Positions 36,101-47,487 of a DNA stretch of 49,488 nucleotides are shown here, piece by piece. The stretch is from Parvularia atlantis (taxonomy: Eukaryota). The stretch is taken from NCBI GenBank assembly GCA_943704415.1, contig CALSCO010000763.1, forward strand, positions 1-49,488. The letters are read 5' to 3'. The notes beneath the pieces are model-generated. The model was not told where the DNA came from, searched no databases, and saw nothing but the letters and a program-made list of their open reading frames with translations. A program made the translations under genes and the position numbers. Each line of letters opens with the position of its first letter. Position 1 is the first letter of the stretch.

Positions 36101-37444
36101 GCGAGTGCAGGTACAGCGGGATGATGAGCTTCTTGAGCACCTGCGCCGTCAGCACCTCGTTGATCGCAAACACCTGCACGCTCCCGTCAGCGCCACAGCA
36201 CACGCTCGCGCGCACGCACCTTGAGCGACAGGATGTCGTTCAGGTAGTACAGATTGTCGACGTGCTCCGCAACGAGGTCCGGCAACCTCCCCATCTTGCC
36301 CGAGGTCCTGCCGCCGCGGGCGTAAGCGTGCCCCGCGCATGGTTGCGGCCGCGCACGCACCTGACTTTGACGATCTGCTCGTTCAGGCTTGTGCTCTGGT
36401 CGCTGATAAACCAGACGAGGTTGGAAAAGTACGGCACGGCGGTGCGGTCGAGGATGAAGCGCAACATGCGCTCGTCCGGCACTGCGCCGGCGTGGGGCGT
36501 GAGGCCGCTGGCCAAAGGCGTCACATGCGCGCACCCTTGAACACGTTGAGCGTGAGCGTGCGCACGGCGACGCGGATCATGCTCTCCGAGTGGTTGAAGA
36601 ACTTGATCGCCTCGGTGTAGAGCGGGAAGTCGTTCAGGTGCTGCACGCCGCGTTGGAACAAAGCCGCGAGCGACCCGCTGCGCCGGCGCACCTCGTTGAA
36701 AAAGAAGTGGATCGTGTTGCGGTTGAGCTTGAGCGAGAGTGTCTTGAGGAACGAGACGTAGTACGCGAGGATCTCCTCATCCGAGAAGTCAAACTTGTGC
36801 GTGATGATCGTGTTGACGTAGTTGTTAGACAGAAGGAAGTCTGGCGCTGGAATGTGAGCGCGAGCGCGGCGCGGCGCGGCGCGGCGCGGCGCACAGATCG
36901 ACGTGTCTGTCTGGATGTTTTCAAACAGGATGCTGAGCGTCTGCAGCAGCTGCACCATCACGTGCGAGCTTGTCTTCTGGTCGAGCACCTTGATGAAGTG
37001 CGTGTGGATGTTTTTCTCGAAGAAGAAGCTGGGGGGGGGGGGGGGGGGGGCGCCGGGCTTGCGTCACACGAGCGCGCGTCACGGGCGTCGCGCACTCGAA
37101 GAAGCGCTGCTCGTTCTGGTCGCCCCAGATGAGCAGCTCGGCAATCGACCGCAGCGTTTCAATGATGATCGTCTGCGCGTGCGTCAGCGGCGCGACCCGC
37201 GCGGCGTCAACCGCGGCACCTGGTTCGTGTCGTCGATGACCGGGTACCGCAGCAGCGTCTGGTACAGCTGCCTGCCGTCGGTCGGGACGCGTGCGGGCCG
37301 CGTGATGATGATGCGGCGCGCGGCGACATATCGGTCAGCGATGGACGGCAGCGGCAGCAAGACGCACTTGAACGTCTCGAGCGAGTACTTTTTCTTGGGC
37401 TTGCCGAAGGCGTCCGTGAACGACCTGAACATCGCCGACGCCAT
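33135..37444 (-). CDS. CLEC16A: CLEC16A/TT9/GOP-1 family (FPL domain) endolysosomal protein, about 19 introns
   Basis: [107 protein letters not shown]-terminal [21 protein letters not shown]. Confidence 0.95.
37031..37050. repeat. G20 homopolymer (C20 on the sense strand) abutting a CLEC16A acceptor
   Basis: 20 consecutive G on the plus strand directly after ...gaagct. Confidence 0.9.
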
Positions 37445-37945
37445 CGAAGACGAGAGAAAGAGAGAGAGAGAGGGGGGGTAATCTGCGGCTGCCGCACTGG
37501 TGTTGCACACCGCTGGTGTGGCGTGACGCCGCATCAGTCAGTCGAGCGGGCGGGTTGTGCGTGCGCGCGCGGCGAGGAAGGATCGCGGCCACGCGGTTCG
37601 GCAGGGGCACGGGTGGGCGCGGGCGGCAGGCGCATGGGGCGACGAGGCGGACGCGAGGACAGAGGACAAGGATGCGCGCGAGACGGATGCGCGCGACAGC
37701 CATGACTGACGATGGGAGTTCTGACAGTCGAAAGTGGCACGTGACCCGAGCAGTGAGTGGCGCGGAGGGCGAGTAGGCGCGCGACAGGCGCGGAGGGCAG
37801 CGATGGAAGCGTCGCTATGTATGCGCCGCATCGTCGAGCAGATCTACCAGCGAGCATCGTCAGCACAGACGCGCACGACACAAAGCCGTCACGGACGCCA
37901 CCTTATGTAGAGACACGGTCGCTGCTCACTCACCAATTGGTAGCG

Positions 37946-38562
37946 ATGACATACGGGGTGAGGGCGCGCGCGGTCCTCGCGGCCGTGCCGCTGCGCGGGT
38001 CGCGCCAGGCGTCGCGCGGCGGGCACAAGGGCGGGACGGCGGGCGCGGCGGCAGCCGAGGGCGACGGCGCGGACGACGGGCGCGACCAGGACGCCAAGTG
38101 CGCAGGCCGATCGGATGCTCGCACTTGCCTGATGCGCATCGTGGCGCGCGCGCGCGGCAGATACCGCCTCGTGCTCAAGTTCCTCAACCCCCCGCCCGGG
38201 CTCAAGCCCATCCCCAAGGTCACGCCCGAGATCCTCGAGAAGCGCGCGGTGATCGCGGTCGCGTGGAGCCGCTTCGCCATGCACGAGTACACGCACTGCA
38301 AGCGCGTCGAGGCCAAGATGGTCGACCTGCAGACGGTCGTTCGCGCGCGCTTCAAGCAGGTGCGCCCCGCGCACGCGACATCGGGAGGCTGTGACATCTT
38401 CGGCTTTATGCTGTCCCGCGCACACGCGCGCAGCACTTCCCGTCCGCGTCCGAGTGGGCCGACCGCGCCGCGTGGGACGAGAGCCTGCTGCCCCCGCGCG
38501 GCAAGCCCGACATCTGGGAGACGCCGCCGTGGGACTACTCGGACGAGGCCCCGTACAAGTGA
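37946..38562 (+). CDS. MRPL40: Mitochondrial ribosomal protein mL40-like, 3 exons
   Basis: An Arg-rich presequence is followed by KRAVIAVAWSRF..EAKMVDLQ..|HFPS..LLPPRGKPDIWETPP, matching the mL40/MRP-L28 pattern (I..AW..P..TPP). Confidence 0.65.
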
Positions 38563-38708
38563 TGTGCATGGAAGGGGCGTGAGCGTGCATGCTGTCGAGC
38601 CCTGTGCGAAAGCGCGGCGACGTGTGCGGAACCTGCGCACCGCCCCACGGCCCGCACTCTGCCCCTCGGGCCCCCTCAATTCCATCGGCACAAAACAAAG
38701 AACGTCTG

Positions 38709-41700
38709 TTATAGCTCGTCGTGATTGCGGCCGCGCGCCTCCTCCTCCTCGTAGCCCTCATCGTCGCCCTCGTCCTCCTTCCCGTCCGCGTTGAGCGCCG
38801 GCTCCGGCGCGGGCTTCTCGTTCACCTCGACCTGCGCGTCCAGGTCCACGTCCAGGTTGGCGCGCAGCACGCGCTCGATGCGCGTGGCAAAAGCGACCGT
38901 GTCCGGGACAAAAAAGCCCGAGCGCAGCGCCGACGTGTCGTACAGGATCTGCGCGAGCTCCTTTGTGCTCTCGTCGCCGTCCTGGCCGGTCTGGACGCGG
39001 TTGAGCAGCTCCTGGATGACTGGGTGCTTGGGGTTGATCTCGAGGATCTGTTTGCATGTGCCATCAGAGGCTGGGGCGCGCCCACAACGCGCCGGCGCAC
39101 CTTCTTCTGCTTGGCAAAGTACTGCGTTGTGGGGTCGTCCGGGCTGGCGTAGGCCTGCGAGCGCATGATGCGCTCCATGTTGCCCGACACGCCAAACTGC
39201 GGCACGATGAGCGCCGCCGGCGAGGTCGTGAGGCGGTTCGAGACGCGCGACTTGTCGATGTTGGCCGAGAGGACCTTGACGAACCACTTGGTCAGCGGCT
39301 CAAACTTCTCCTCCAGATTCTTCATGTTGTCGTCCTCAGCGTCGTCCTCATCGCCTGCCAGCGCGAAACGCGCACGCGTGCGGTCAGCATGGGGCAAGCA
39401 GCGGCGCTGCGCAGCACGACGCACCAAACTTGAGGCCCTCCTTGGCGATGTTCTGGAAGCGGAAGCCCTCGTAGTCGGCGAGCGACTGCACGACGTACTC
39501 GTCGATCGGCTCGATCATGTACAGCACCTCGTAACCGCGGGCCTTGAGGCGCTCGTTGAACGGCGACGCCTCCACGTCCTCAATCGACGTGCCCGCGACG
39601 AAGAAGATCACGTCCTGGCCCTTCTTGCGGCTCTCGACGTACTCGGCCAGCGAGCGGTATTTGCCGTTCGAGGTCGAGGTCTTGAAGCGGATGAGCTCGG
39701 CGAGGCGCTTGCGGTTGCTGTGCGTGTAGGTGTGAGCCTCACAGACGCGGCAGGAGACGCGCGCGCGGGAGCGGCCACGCACGTCGCGTCGTCGACGATG
39801 CCGAGCTTGAGCGACGTGTGGTACTCCTTTAGGAACTCCTCGTACTCCTCCTCGTCCTCGCTCAGCTGACGGAACAGGTCGATCGCCTTGCGCACAAGCT
39901 TGCGGCGCATGACCTGCGCGAGGGCGACGGCAGCGTAAGTGCTTGTGTGGCCCAGTGGCGCCGCGCACGAGACACGCACCCGCAGCAGCTTGTGCTGCTG
40001 GAGCGTCTCGCGCGACACGTTGAGCGGCAGGTCATCCGAGTCCACCACGCCCTGCGGCGCGCGCACGAGCACGTCAATCGCCCGCCCAGGCCGCGGCACA
40101 GCGTCGCAACGCGCCCGCAGGAACTTGAGCCAGCGCGGCAGGAGCTCGGGCACGTCGTCGGTGATGAATACGCGCTTGACAAACAGCTTGAGGAAGTTGA
40201 GCTCGGCCTCCGACGCCGAGTACAGCGTCGCGGGCGCCTGCGATGTGCGCGCGTGTGTGAGCTTGCAGGCAGAGAAAGAGCGCGCGGGCACAAACCTTGG
40301 CCGGCACGAAGAGCAGCGCCTTGAACTCGACTTCGCCCTCGGCGCGGAAGTGCGTGTGTGCCATCGGGGCGCGGGTGTCGTGGTGCTGCGCGGGCACGCG
40401 TGAGCAGGCAGGCACACGCGTCGACGCCGGCCGCACCTTCATAAACAGCTTGTAGAACTCGCGGTAGTCCTCCTCGGTCACCTCGTCCGGGCTGCGCGTC
40501 CAGATCGGCTTGTTCTTGTTTTGACGGACGAAGCGGTAGACGGGCTCCTTGGGCTTCTTCTTGTCCTTCTTCTCCTCCTCCTTCTCCTTGTCCTCGTCCT
40601 CATTCTCGTCCTGCCGAGCGTGCGCGCGCATCCACGCGTCAGCCACCAGCGACCGCAGAGCACGCGCACAAGAGCCGCACATCGGCGTCCTTGACGTCGT
40701 CGCTGTCGTCATCGTCCTTCTTCTCCTCGGCGTCGTCGGCCGCGTCGGCGTCGGCGGCGTCGCCGCTCTTGTCCTCCTCATCACCCGGTTCGGCCGGCTC
40801 GTGCGTCCAAAGGTAGATCGGGAAGTTGATGAACTCGCTGTACTTGCGCACGAGGTCGCGCAGCTGCGTGTCCTCGAGGAACATCTGCGCCTCCTCCTTG
40901 ATCTGGAGCCTGCATGCCGCGCGTGCCCGGTCAGCGCGCCAATCGCTTGCGAGGTGCGCAACGCACGTGATCTGCGTGCCGCGGCCGAGCGTGTTGCCGC
41001 GCGGATCCTTGAACACGGTAAAGTCGGTCTCGGCGTTGGACTCCCACACGTGCTGGTCATCGTTGTTGCTCTTGGACACGACCGTGACGCGGTCGGCCAC
41101 GAGGAAGGCCGAGTAGAAGCCGACACCAAACTGGCCGATGAGGCTCATGTCGCCCGACTGCGCCGTGCGCATGGATGAGTGGACGTGTCACGTGCGGCAA
41201 GGGACGCGCGCACCTGCTCCACCGCGCTCACAAAGTCCGCCGTGCCCGACTTGGCCAGCGTGCCCAGGTTCTTGACGAGCTCATCGCGCGTCATGCCCAC
41301 GCCCGTGTCGGTGATGGTGATGGTCTGTCGGGGTCGCGGCGCTAGTCAGTGCTCTGCGAGCGGATGCGTGCACGGGCGGGCGCACCTTCTTGTCGCGATC
41401 GGCGCGAATCTGGATCTTGAGATCGGCGCCGCCGGCCATCGCGTCGCTGTTTGTGAGCGAGAGGAAGCGGATCTGCGGCCGCGGCATGAGCCGCCGCCCG
41501 CATGTGTGTCGCCACCACCGTGCGACGCCGCGTGCCTTGTCGAGCGCGTCGGACGCGTTCGAGATGAGCTCACGCAGGAAGATCTCCTTGTTCTTGTAGA
41601 GCGAGTTGATGATCAGCTTCATCATCCGATTGACTTCTGCCTGAAACTGGAACTTGGGCGCCTGCTGGCGCAGCGCCTCCTCCTGCTCCGGCGTGAGGCC

Positions 41701-41880
41701 CTCGAGCGTCACGACGGGCTCGGCGGGCTTGCTGTCGTCGGCGTCGTTGCCACCACCCGGGCGTACGTTGTCCCCGTCGGCCGCGGCGTCGTTGGCGTGT
41801 GCGTGGTCGAGCACCGCCGCCGCGATGAGCAGCACGAGGACGCCGGCGAGCAGCCAGCGCAGGCCACGTGCGACGCGCAT
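38709..41880 (-). CDS. HSP90B1: Endoplasmin / GRP94 (ER HSP90), multi-exon
   Basis: Signal peptide [104 protein letters not shown], and C-terminal HDEL*. Confidence 0.98.
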
Positions 41881-42045
41881 TGTTGTGTCGGTCTGTCGCG
41901 GTCTGTCGGTCTGCGCGTGCGTGCATTGCGTGAGATGCGCGTGAGATGCGCGAGCAGCGCAGAAGGGCGAGCGGCAGAGGGGCGGCAGGCGCACAGCGCG
42001 GCACACTGAGCCACAGCACGAGACGTCGATCGAAAAGTGCGGCGA

Positions 42046-42064
42046 GGTGGCGTGCGCTGATTGG
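42046..42064 (-). promoter_or_regulatory. ERSE-like element CCAAT-N9-CCACC (one mismatch)
   Basis: The minus strand reads CCAAT cagcgcacg CCACC, about 165 nt upstream of the GRP94 ATG. Confidence 0.65.
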
Positions 42065-42070
42065 CTGAGG

Positions 42071-42089
42071 CGTGGGCTGTGCTGATTGG
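42071..42089 (-). promoter_or_regulatory. ER stress response element (ERSE) CCAAT-N9-CCACG, perfect consensus
   Basis: The minus strand reads CCAAT cagcacagc CCACG, about 190 nt upstream of the GRP94 ATG and in sense orientation. Confidence 0.8.
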
Positions 42090-42274
42090 CTGGCGGCGGA
42101 TCGCCGTTCAAGACATTACATCCCCGTATAGTTTAATGGGAACCGTGACGTACTACGGTTGCCCGTGACTTCAGTTGTTCCGGTTGGTCGTCATAACAGA
42201 GGGGTGGGCACCAGGGGGCATGGGGGCAGAAGAGTGATGCACGATATAACAGAAGTTCAGCCGTATGAAGGAGG

Positions 42275-44086
42275 TCAGCTCGTTTCCGTTTTTTGATTGC
42301 GGGGAAGTCGCGCGGCGCCCGCTGCTGTCTTGGGCAGCACCGTGCGCAGATCGCTCGTCGCCTGCTCCAGCTGCACTTGATGTTCCTTGTCGTGGCAAAA
42401 GTTGCACGAGTCGCCACGATAGCACATTCCGCGCAGAAAGTGTCGACACGCCACACAGAGCTGCCGGCGGTGCAGCTCGCGCACGTTGATCGTCGGCGCG
42501 GGCCGCACGAGGTCGTCTGGACGGCAGCGTGAGCACGAGCGCTGCACACGAGCGCTGCACGCGCACGCGCACGCACCAGACATGTACGTCGAGTCCTTGC
42601 CGTCGTACGTGCGCGGCCGCTGGCCCGCCGCGTCCTTGGCAAAGTCGCGCGCCTCATGCATGATCGGGAAGGTCATGCCGCCCGGGAAGTCGACCGCCTC
42701 GACCTTGGCCAGGACGACGTTGCGGTCCGTGAAGCGCACGACGTAGCCGTCGGGCTTGCAAATCTCGATGTGCTCAAGGAAGGTGATGTACTCGCGCACG
42801 AGCGTCCGGAAGCGCGTCTCGGGCACGCTCTCCGAGTGTGCGCCGATGCGGAACAGAAAGATGCCGGCGCTGACGCCGTCCACGGGCACCTTGGCCACGC
42901 CGCTGATCACCGCCGTGTGCCGCGAGATGTGGAAGAGGTACTTGCGGATGTCGCCATCCGCGTCTCGCAGCGCGGCCGGGGAGCTGTGCAGCGAGCGCAT
43001 GTCAGCATTGCGGCGCGGCGCGGCGATCGCGCGTGCCTGGAGTAGAGCGCGGCCGCAAACTCAAAGACGATGCCGAACGACACGGTGCGCAGAAAGTCAA
43101 CAAAGGCCGTGACCGAGAGGGATTTTCCTGCGCGTGCGCGTGCGGTGAGCACACGCGGCGATGCGCAAGAACAACACGCACTAGTCGCGGGGAAGAGCGG
43201 GACGGAGTAGGGCTGCGGCTGCTGGACCTGCGTCAGGAACGGCAGGAGCGGCGGGAACTGCTGCTGCTGCGGCGGCGGCGGCAGCGGCGGTTGATGCTGC
43301 TGGTGCGCCATCATCATCACCGCCGGCGCGCTGGCGGCCGGCGGAGGTCGGCCGAGCAGGCTGGGCGGCTGCATGGCCGGGGCGGGCTCGGGCTGGCTGT
43401 CCGCCACGGTGGGCGGCGGCGAGGCGGTCGGCGGCGCGTTGGCCGGGGCGAGGTGCATGTTGGCCATGCTGTCCTCGATTGCGTGAGTCTCGGAGTAGCT
43501 CAGCGGGTCTGCAGCGGGCATGGATGAGCGATTGCACGCCAGCCAAATGTGTGGCGCACTGGTTGGTCCGACGGGCTTATGATCGGTATCAGGCGTAACA
43601 TCCTTTGCCTCGAGCGCCTTCTCTGTTGTCCGCAGGCGCACGGCCGGCGTCAGACGGCCACCAACGGCCGCCCTCGCACAACGCACCGTACATGCGCCCC
43701 ACCAGCGTCACTCTCTTGTCGACCTCGTCCCTGTCATCGTCGTTGTGTGGCGGCTCCAACTGCGCGCAGGCGAGCACCTCATCCACGACCTTGTCCGAGC
43801 CTGCACACCGCCCCTCCGTGAGCACGCCGTGGCCTCGCCACGCGCGCGCGCGCGCGCACCGTCGCGGATGAGGTACAGCATGCGCACAAAGTCATCGCGG
43901 TCCGTTGGGTCTGCCAAGTGGCGCCGTTACTTTTTTTTTTGCCCAGCGCGCGCGCGCATGCTGCGTCCGCACACCCTTGATGCCGAATGAGACCTCGACA
44001 AACGTCTCGAGCGCCGTGCGGAAGGTCTTCCGCGACGCAAACAGTTCTTTCATTGCATGTCGTGGGCGTTCGGGACTGCTGCTCAT
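42275..44086 (-). CDS. Uncharacterised protein with a Pro/Gln-rich linker and a C-terminal CCCH zinc finger, multi-exon
   Basis: CRHFLRGMCYRGDSCNFCH fits C-x7-C-x5-C-x3-H (about 42391-42448). Upstream exons join in frame through typical introns. Start is ATG 44086 or 44053. Confidence 0.7.
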
Positions 44087-45010
44087 CAAGGCTGATGTGG
44101 AAAGGGAACGACCCGACGAGGTCGCGGCCGCCAAATTCGCGAGCTGGGGGGGCTGCGGCAGCGCACGGCGCGTCAGCAGTGAGACAAGGCGGGGCGGAGA
44201 GCGGAAGCAGCGAGAAAAGACAAGGCGTGCACAGCCAAGTTTTCACCCCCCAAAACCGTCGACGTCACGCGTGCACACGCGGCGCACGTGCACGTGGCCA
44301 GAGCAAAAAAAGCCGCAGTGGTTGCTCATAGGGCGCTCATGAGGTTGCGAGCGACTTGTCAGGGACCGACTTGTCATTGACCAGATAGGACCTAACATGG
44401 AAAGGTGACATCGATCACGCCATTGGCGTCCCAGACCTTCCAAGAGCATGGCATGGTCCCTTTCCCCCCGTATTCCCCGCGAGCGTACCATGGCTGGTGT
44501 CGGCGCTGGTGTCCCTCGGCGGCGGCGGGCTTCTGCGCTGCATGAAAATGTCACTGACTAGCGTTTGGCTGAGAGTGCCCACCGGCGCTCAGGCTTGCCA
44601 TTGGCAGGCACTGGGAGAGTGCAGCCGTTCCACTGGCAGACAGTCAAAAGACCAGACAGCGAAACGGAGAAGAGGTGCGGGCGGCCACGAGCGAGCAGCG
44701 GGCAAGCTGGAAAGTGGGGCCAATGGCAGATGTCACCGTCTAGGTCATGCAGTGTGGCTGCACCTGCATGCTCACACACTTGGCAAGTCACGCAACCTCG
44801 TGCGTTTGCTTGTCACGCGCCCGTTCACGCAAAAGGGTGCGGAAGCCCCGCGCCGCGGCGCTCGTGAATACAGCCCACCATTTCAACGGCATAGAACTGA
44901 AACCGTTCAGTTCGGCTGCGGCAGCTTGAACCGCCTCCGTCCCGTGGCCATCCGCCTCTCTAGCCAAACCTGCCGCACAACCCCAGCCTGCAGCCTCAGC
45001 GTGTAACACG

Positions 45011-47038
45011 TTACAAAGACATCGCTGATGCGGTCGATGGCGCGCTTGCTGACGCGCTCGATGACGCGCTCGATGACGCGCTCGCTGCTGCCCCTGACGA
45101 CACCGCCGGCGACGACGACGTGTCTGCGGCCTGTGCCTGTGCCGCTTGCTTGCTCGCGATCGCGCGGCCCATGCTCTGGTCAAAGTACGCGTTCGGGTGC
45201 GTGATGGTCTCGATGGTCTGCTCCGCCTGTGGCGCGGCGCGGCGCGGCGGCGATGTCAGTGTGCGCTCACGATGCGGCGTGCGACGCAGGGTGTGTGCGC
45301 ACCTTGTGCGTAACCTCGTACAGCCGCGTGCACGCGATCTGGTAGTGCTGATTCTGCACGAGCGTGAGGATCTCAGCGATGTTGCTCTCGGGCACGTTCT
45401 GGCTCCTGCGCGTGTGCCACACTCAGCCGTGCTGGGCGCAATGTGAGCGTGTGCGCGCGCGCACCGCAACTTGGCGCGCAGGTTCTCGGGCGAAAAATGC
45501 CGGAACGGGCACCCGTGCGACTCGCCGGGGCCGGGCGCCTTGTGCATGATGATGGTCATGCAGCTGCGCGCGCGACCATCAGCGTGCCCGTAGTGAGCGT
45601 GCTTGTGCGCGAACGCACCTCCACGCCTTGGCCTCGGACCGCTTGCCCTCCTGGCCGTACTGGTAGCGGATGTTGTACGCGTACGACTTGAGGAACTTGT
45701 CCTCGGGGATCTTGGTGCTGAATGCGCGCCGCCAGTACAGCAGCGCTTCCTGCATCGACATGCCCAGGTTCTGCCGCGGCGCGTCAGTCGATGTCTGCGG
45801 CGTCCAGCGCGGGCGCGCCTTGAGGAACGCGCCGTACTGCTCGCGCCCCGAGTGTTTTAGGTGGCTGTTGGCCTTGAGCTCGTCGTTGAGGTGGCGCATG
45901 CACAGTGGAAAGTGCTCGACCAGCTGCGCGCGCGCGCTGTGGTGAGACGAGGCGCGCATGCAGCAGCAGTGCCGACGCGCGCACCGCGTCGACGCCGTCC
46001 GCCGTGACCTCGCCCGCGACGGCCGAGCGCCCCTTGTAGTCGCCGACTGCGGGGGCGCGCAGTGCGCGTCTGAGCATGTCGCTTGACAAGGCAGTGGTGC
46101 CGCACGCACCGACGTTCTGCTTGCCGATGTTGTTGAGGATCGGCATCAGCCGCTCGTCCTCCTCCATCGCCGGCAGGCTCTTGGCCGTGAGCTGCATGCG
46201 ACGGCGGGCGTATTAGCACGTCGCAAGTCGCGCGACGTTCACGCACCACGAGCGCGTGCGACAGCCGCGCGCGAAACACGTGCGTGATCAGCGTGATCAG
46301 CTCGCTTGCCGGCACGTACGCGTCGCCGCCCTGCAGGTACACGCGCCGCTGCGCCACGAGCTCGACGACCTCCTCGAAGGGCACCTATGTGTGCGCGCGC
46401 GTGAGCCAGCGACGCCAGCGGTCGACCGCGCACCTTGAAGAAGCTCTGCCCGTCCACGTTCTTCAGCCCGCAGCCGGCGGCGAGCTTGTCGCGCAGGTGG
46501 CTCTTCTCGCCCTCGGGAATCTGCGGCGCGCGTGTGGGCGCATGGGGACCGATGCTGGCAGCACTGCTGCGCACGGGCGCGTAGTTGAGGTTGTTCTGCC
46601 GCAGAAACTCGTTGATGTCGTCCTGCTCGAGACGCAGGCTGCGCGTGCGCGCGCAGCTCGGTCACGGCGTCGCTGGCGGGCGCCGGCACCCGCACCGGAA
46701 CAGCGCACACTCCTGCGCGAGGAACCATCGGCGCAGCTCCTCTCTGCGTGCGCGCGCATGGGTGTCACGACAACGACTGCGCAACGCGCCGCCACGCACG
46801 TGCGGCAGTAGGCCAGGCGGAGGATGTAGTGCGAGATGTGGTCCTTGAGCCGCTCCTGGTCCAGGTTGTGCTGCACGGCCGTGTTGAAGTGCAGCGGCAG
46901 GTGGCTCTCCTGCGCCTGTCGCGCGGCGCCGGCTCAGCCGGGCAGCTGCGTCGTCGCGGCCCGCACCTCCTCGACCGCGCGCCGCAGCTCCTCGTCCTTC
47001 TTGTTGCGCACCTTGCACGTCTCAATCGTCTTGAGCAC

Positions 47039-47073
<35 letters not shown>

Positions 47074-47262
47074 GTCAGGCCCCGTCGCGTCAAGCACACG
47101 GCGCGCACCCTGCAGCCGGTCGAGCGCAAACACCTCAAAGTCCTCGATGCTCAGCTCGAGCTGCGGCGCGGCCGCGTACAGCTGCAGCCGCTGCGGGTAG
47201 CGCGCCGCCGCCGCCGGCCGGCGCTTGGCCGCAGACGCCGGTGCGCGCGTCAGCGTCCCCAT
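45011..47262 (-). CDS. PRIM2: DNA primase large subunit, multi-exon
   Basis: YPQRLQLY..IEDFEVFALDRL, KDHISHYILRLAYCR, HFPLCMRHL..HLKHSGREQYGAFLK, YAYNIRYQYGQEGKR, HGCPFRHF, HYQIAC, ITHPNAYF (FeS-ligating Cys motifs). Confidence 0.96.
47041..47072. repeat. (CGCCCG)5 hexamer microsatellite in PRIM2 intron 1
   Basis: cgcccgcgcccgcgcccgcgcccgcgcccg. Confidence 0.85.
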
Positions 47263-47487
47263 CGCGGGTTTTTGGCGCGCTCTTTTTCTGGCGCGAAAGT
47301 CAAGCGTATGTCACACTGTCCATCAATGCACAACCTCACCGCACTGGCACAGCTGTCCACGGCACGTCATGCACGACGGGGCGTCAGGCACACAAAGAAG
47401 GCAGACAACAACGGGCAAGACACGAGCGCGCGCGCGCGCGTGTGTGGTGTGTGTGTGTGTGCGGTAGGGCCGACGGGCCGGGCGGGT

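Noticed and set aside
42121..42200. tRNA-like start TCCCCGTATAGTTTAATGG (A-box-like) with hairpin AACCGT..ACGGTT
   Set aside because: No GTTCRA B-box/T-loop or matching acceptor stem; no cloverleaf can be built.
44429..44443. GGAAGGTCTGGG on the minus strand, resembling RNase P RNA CR-I
   Set aside because: No downstream CR-V (..CAGAC) partner for helix P4 within the intergenic region.
44651..44676. GAAACGGAG resembling SRP RNA helix 8
   Set aside because: The flanks do not pair to close the GNRA loop, and no other SRP helices are evident.
45050..45084. Short tandem repeat (TGACGCGCTCGA)x3 as a CRISPR-like or mobile repeat
   Set aside because: No spacers; it encodes the ASSS low-complexity tail of PRIM2.
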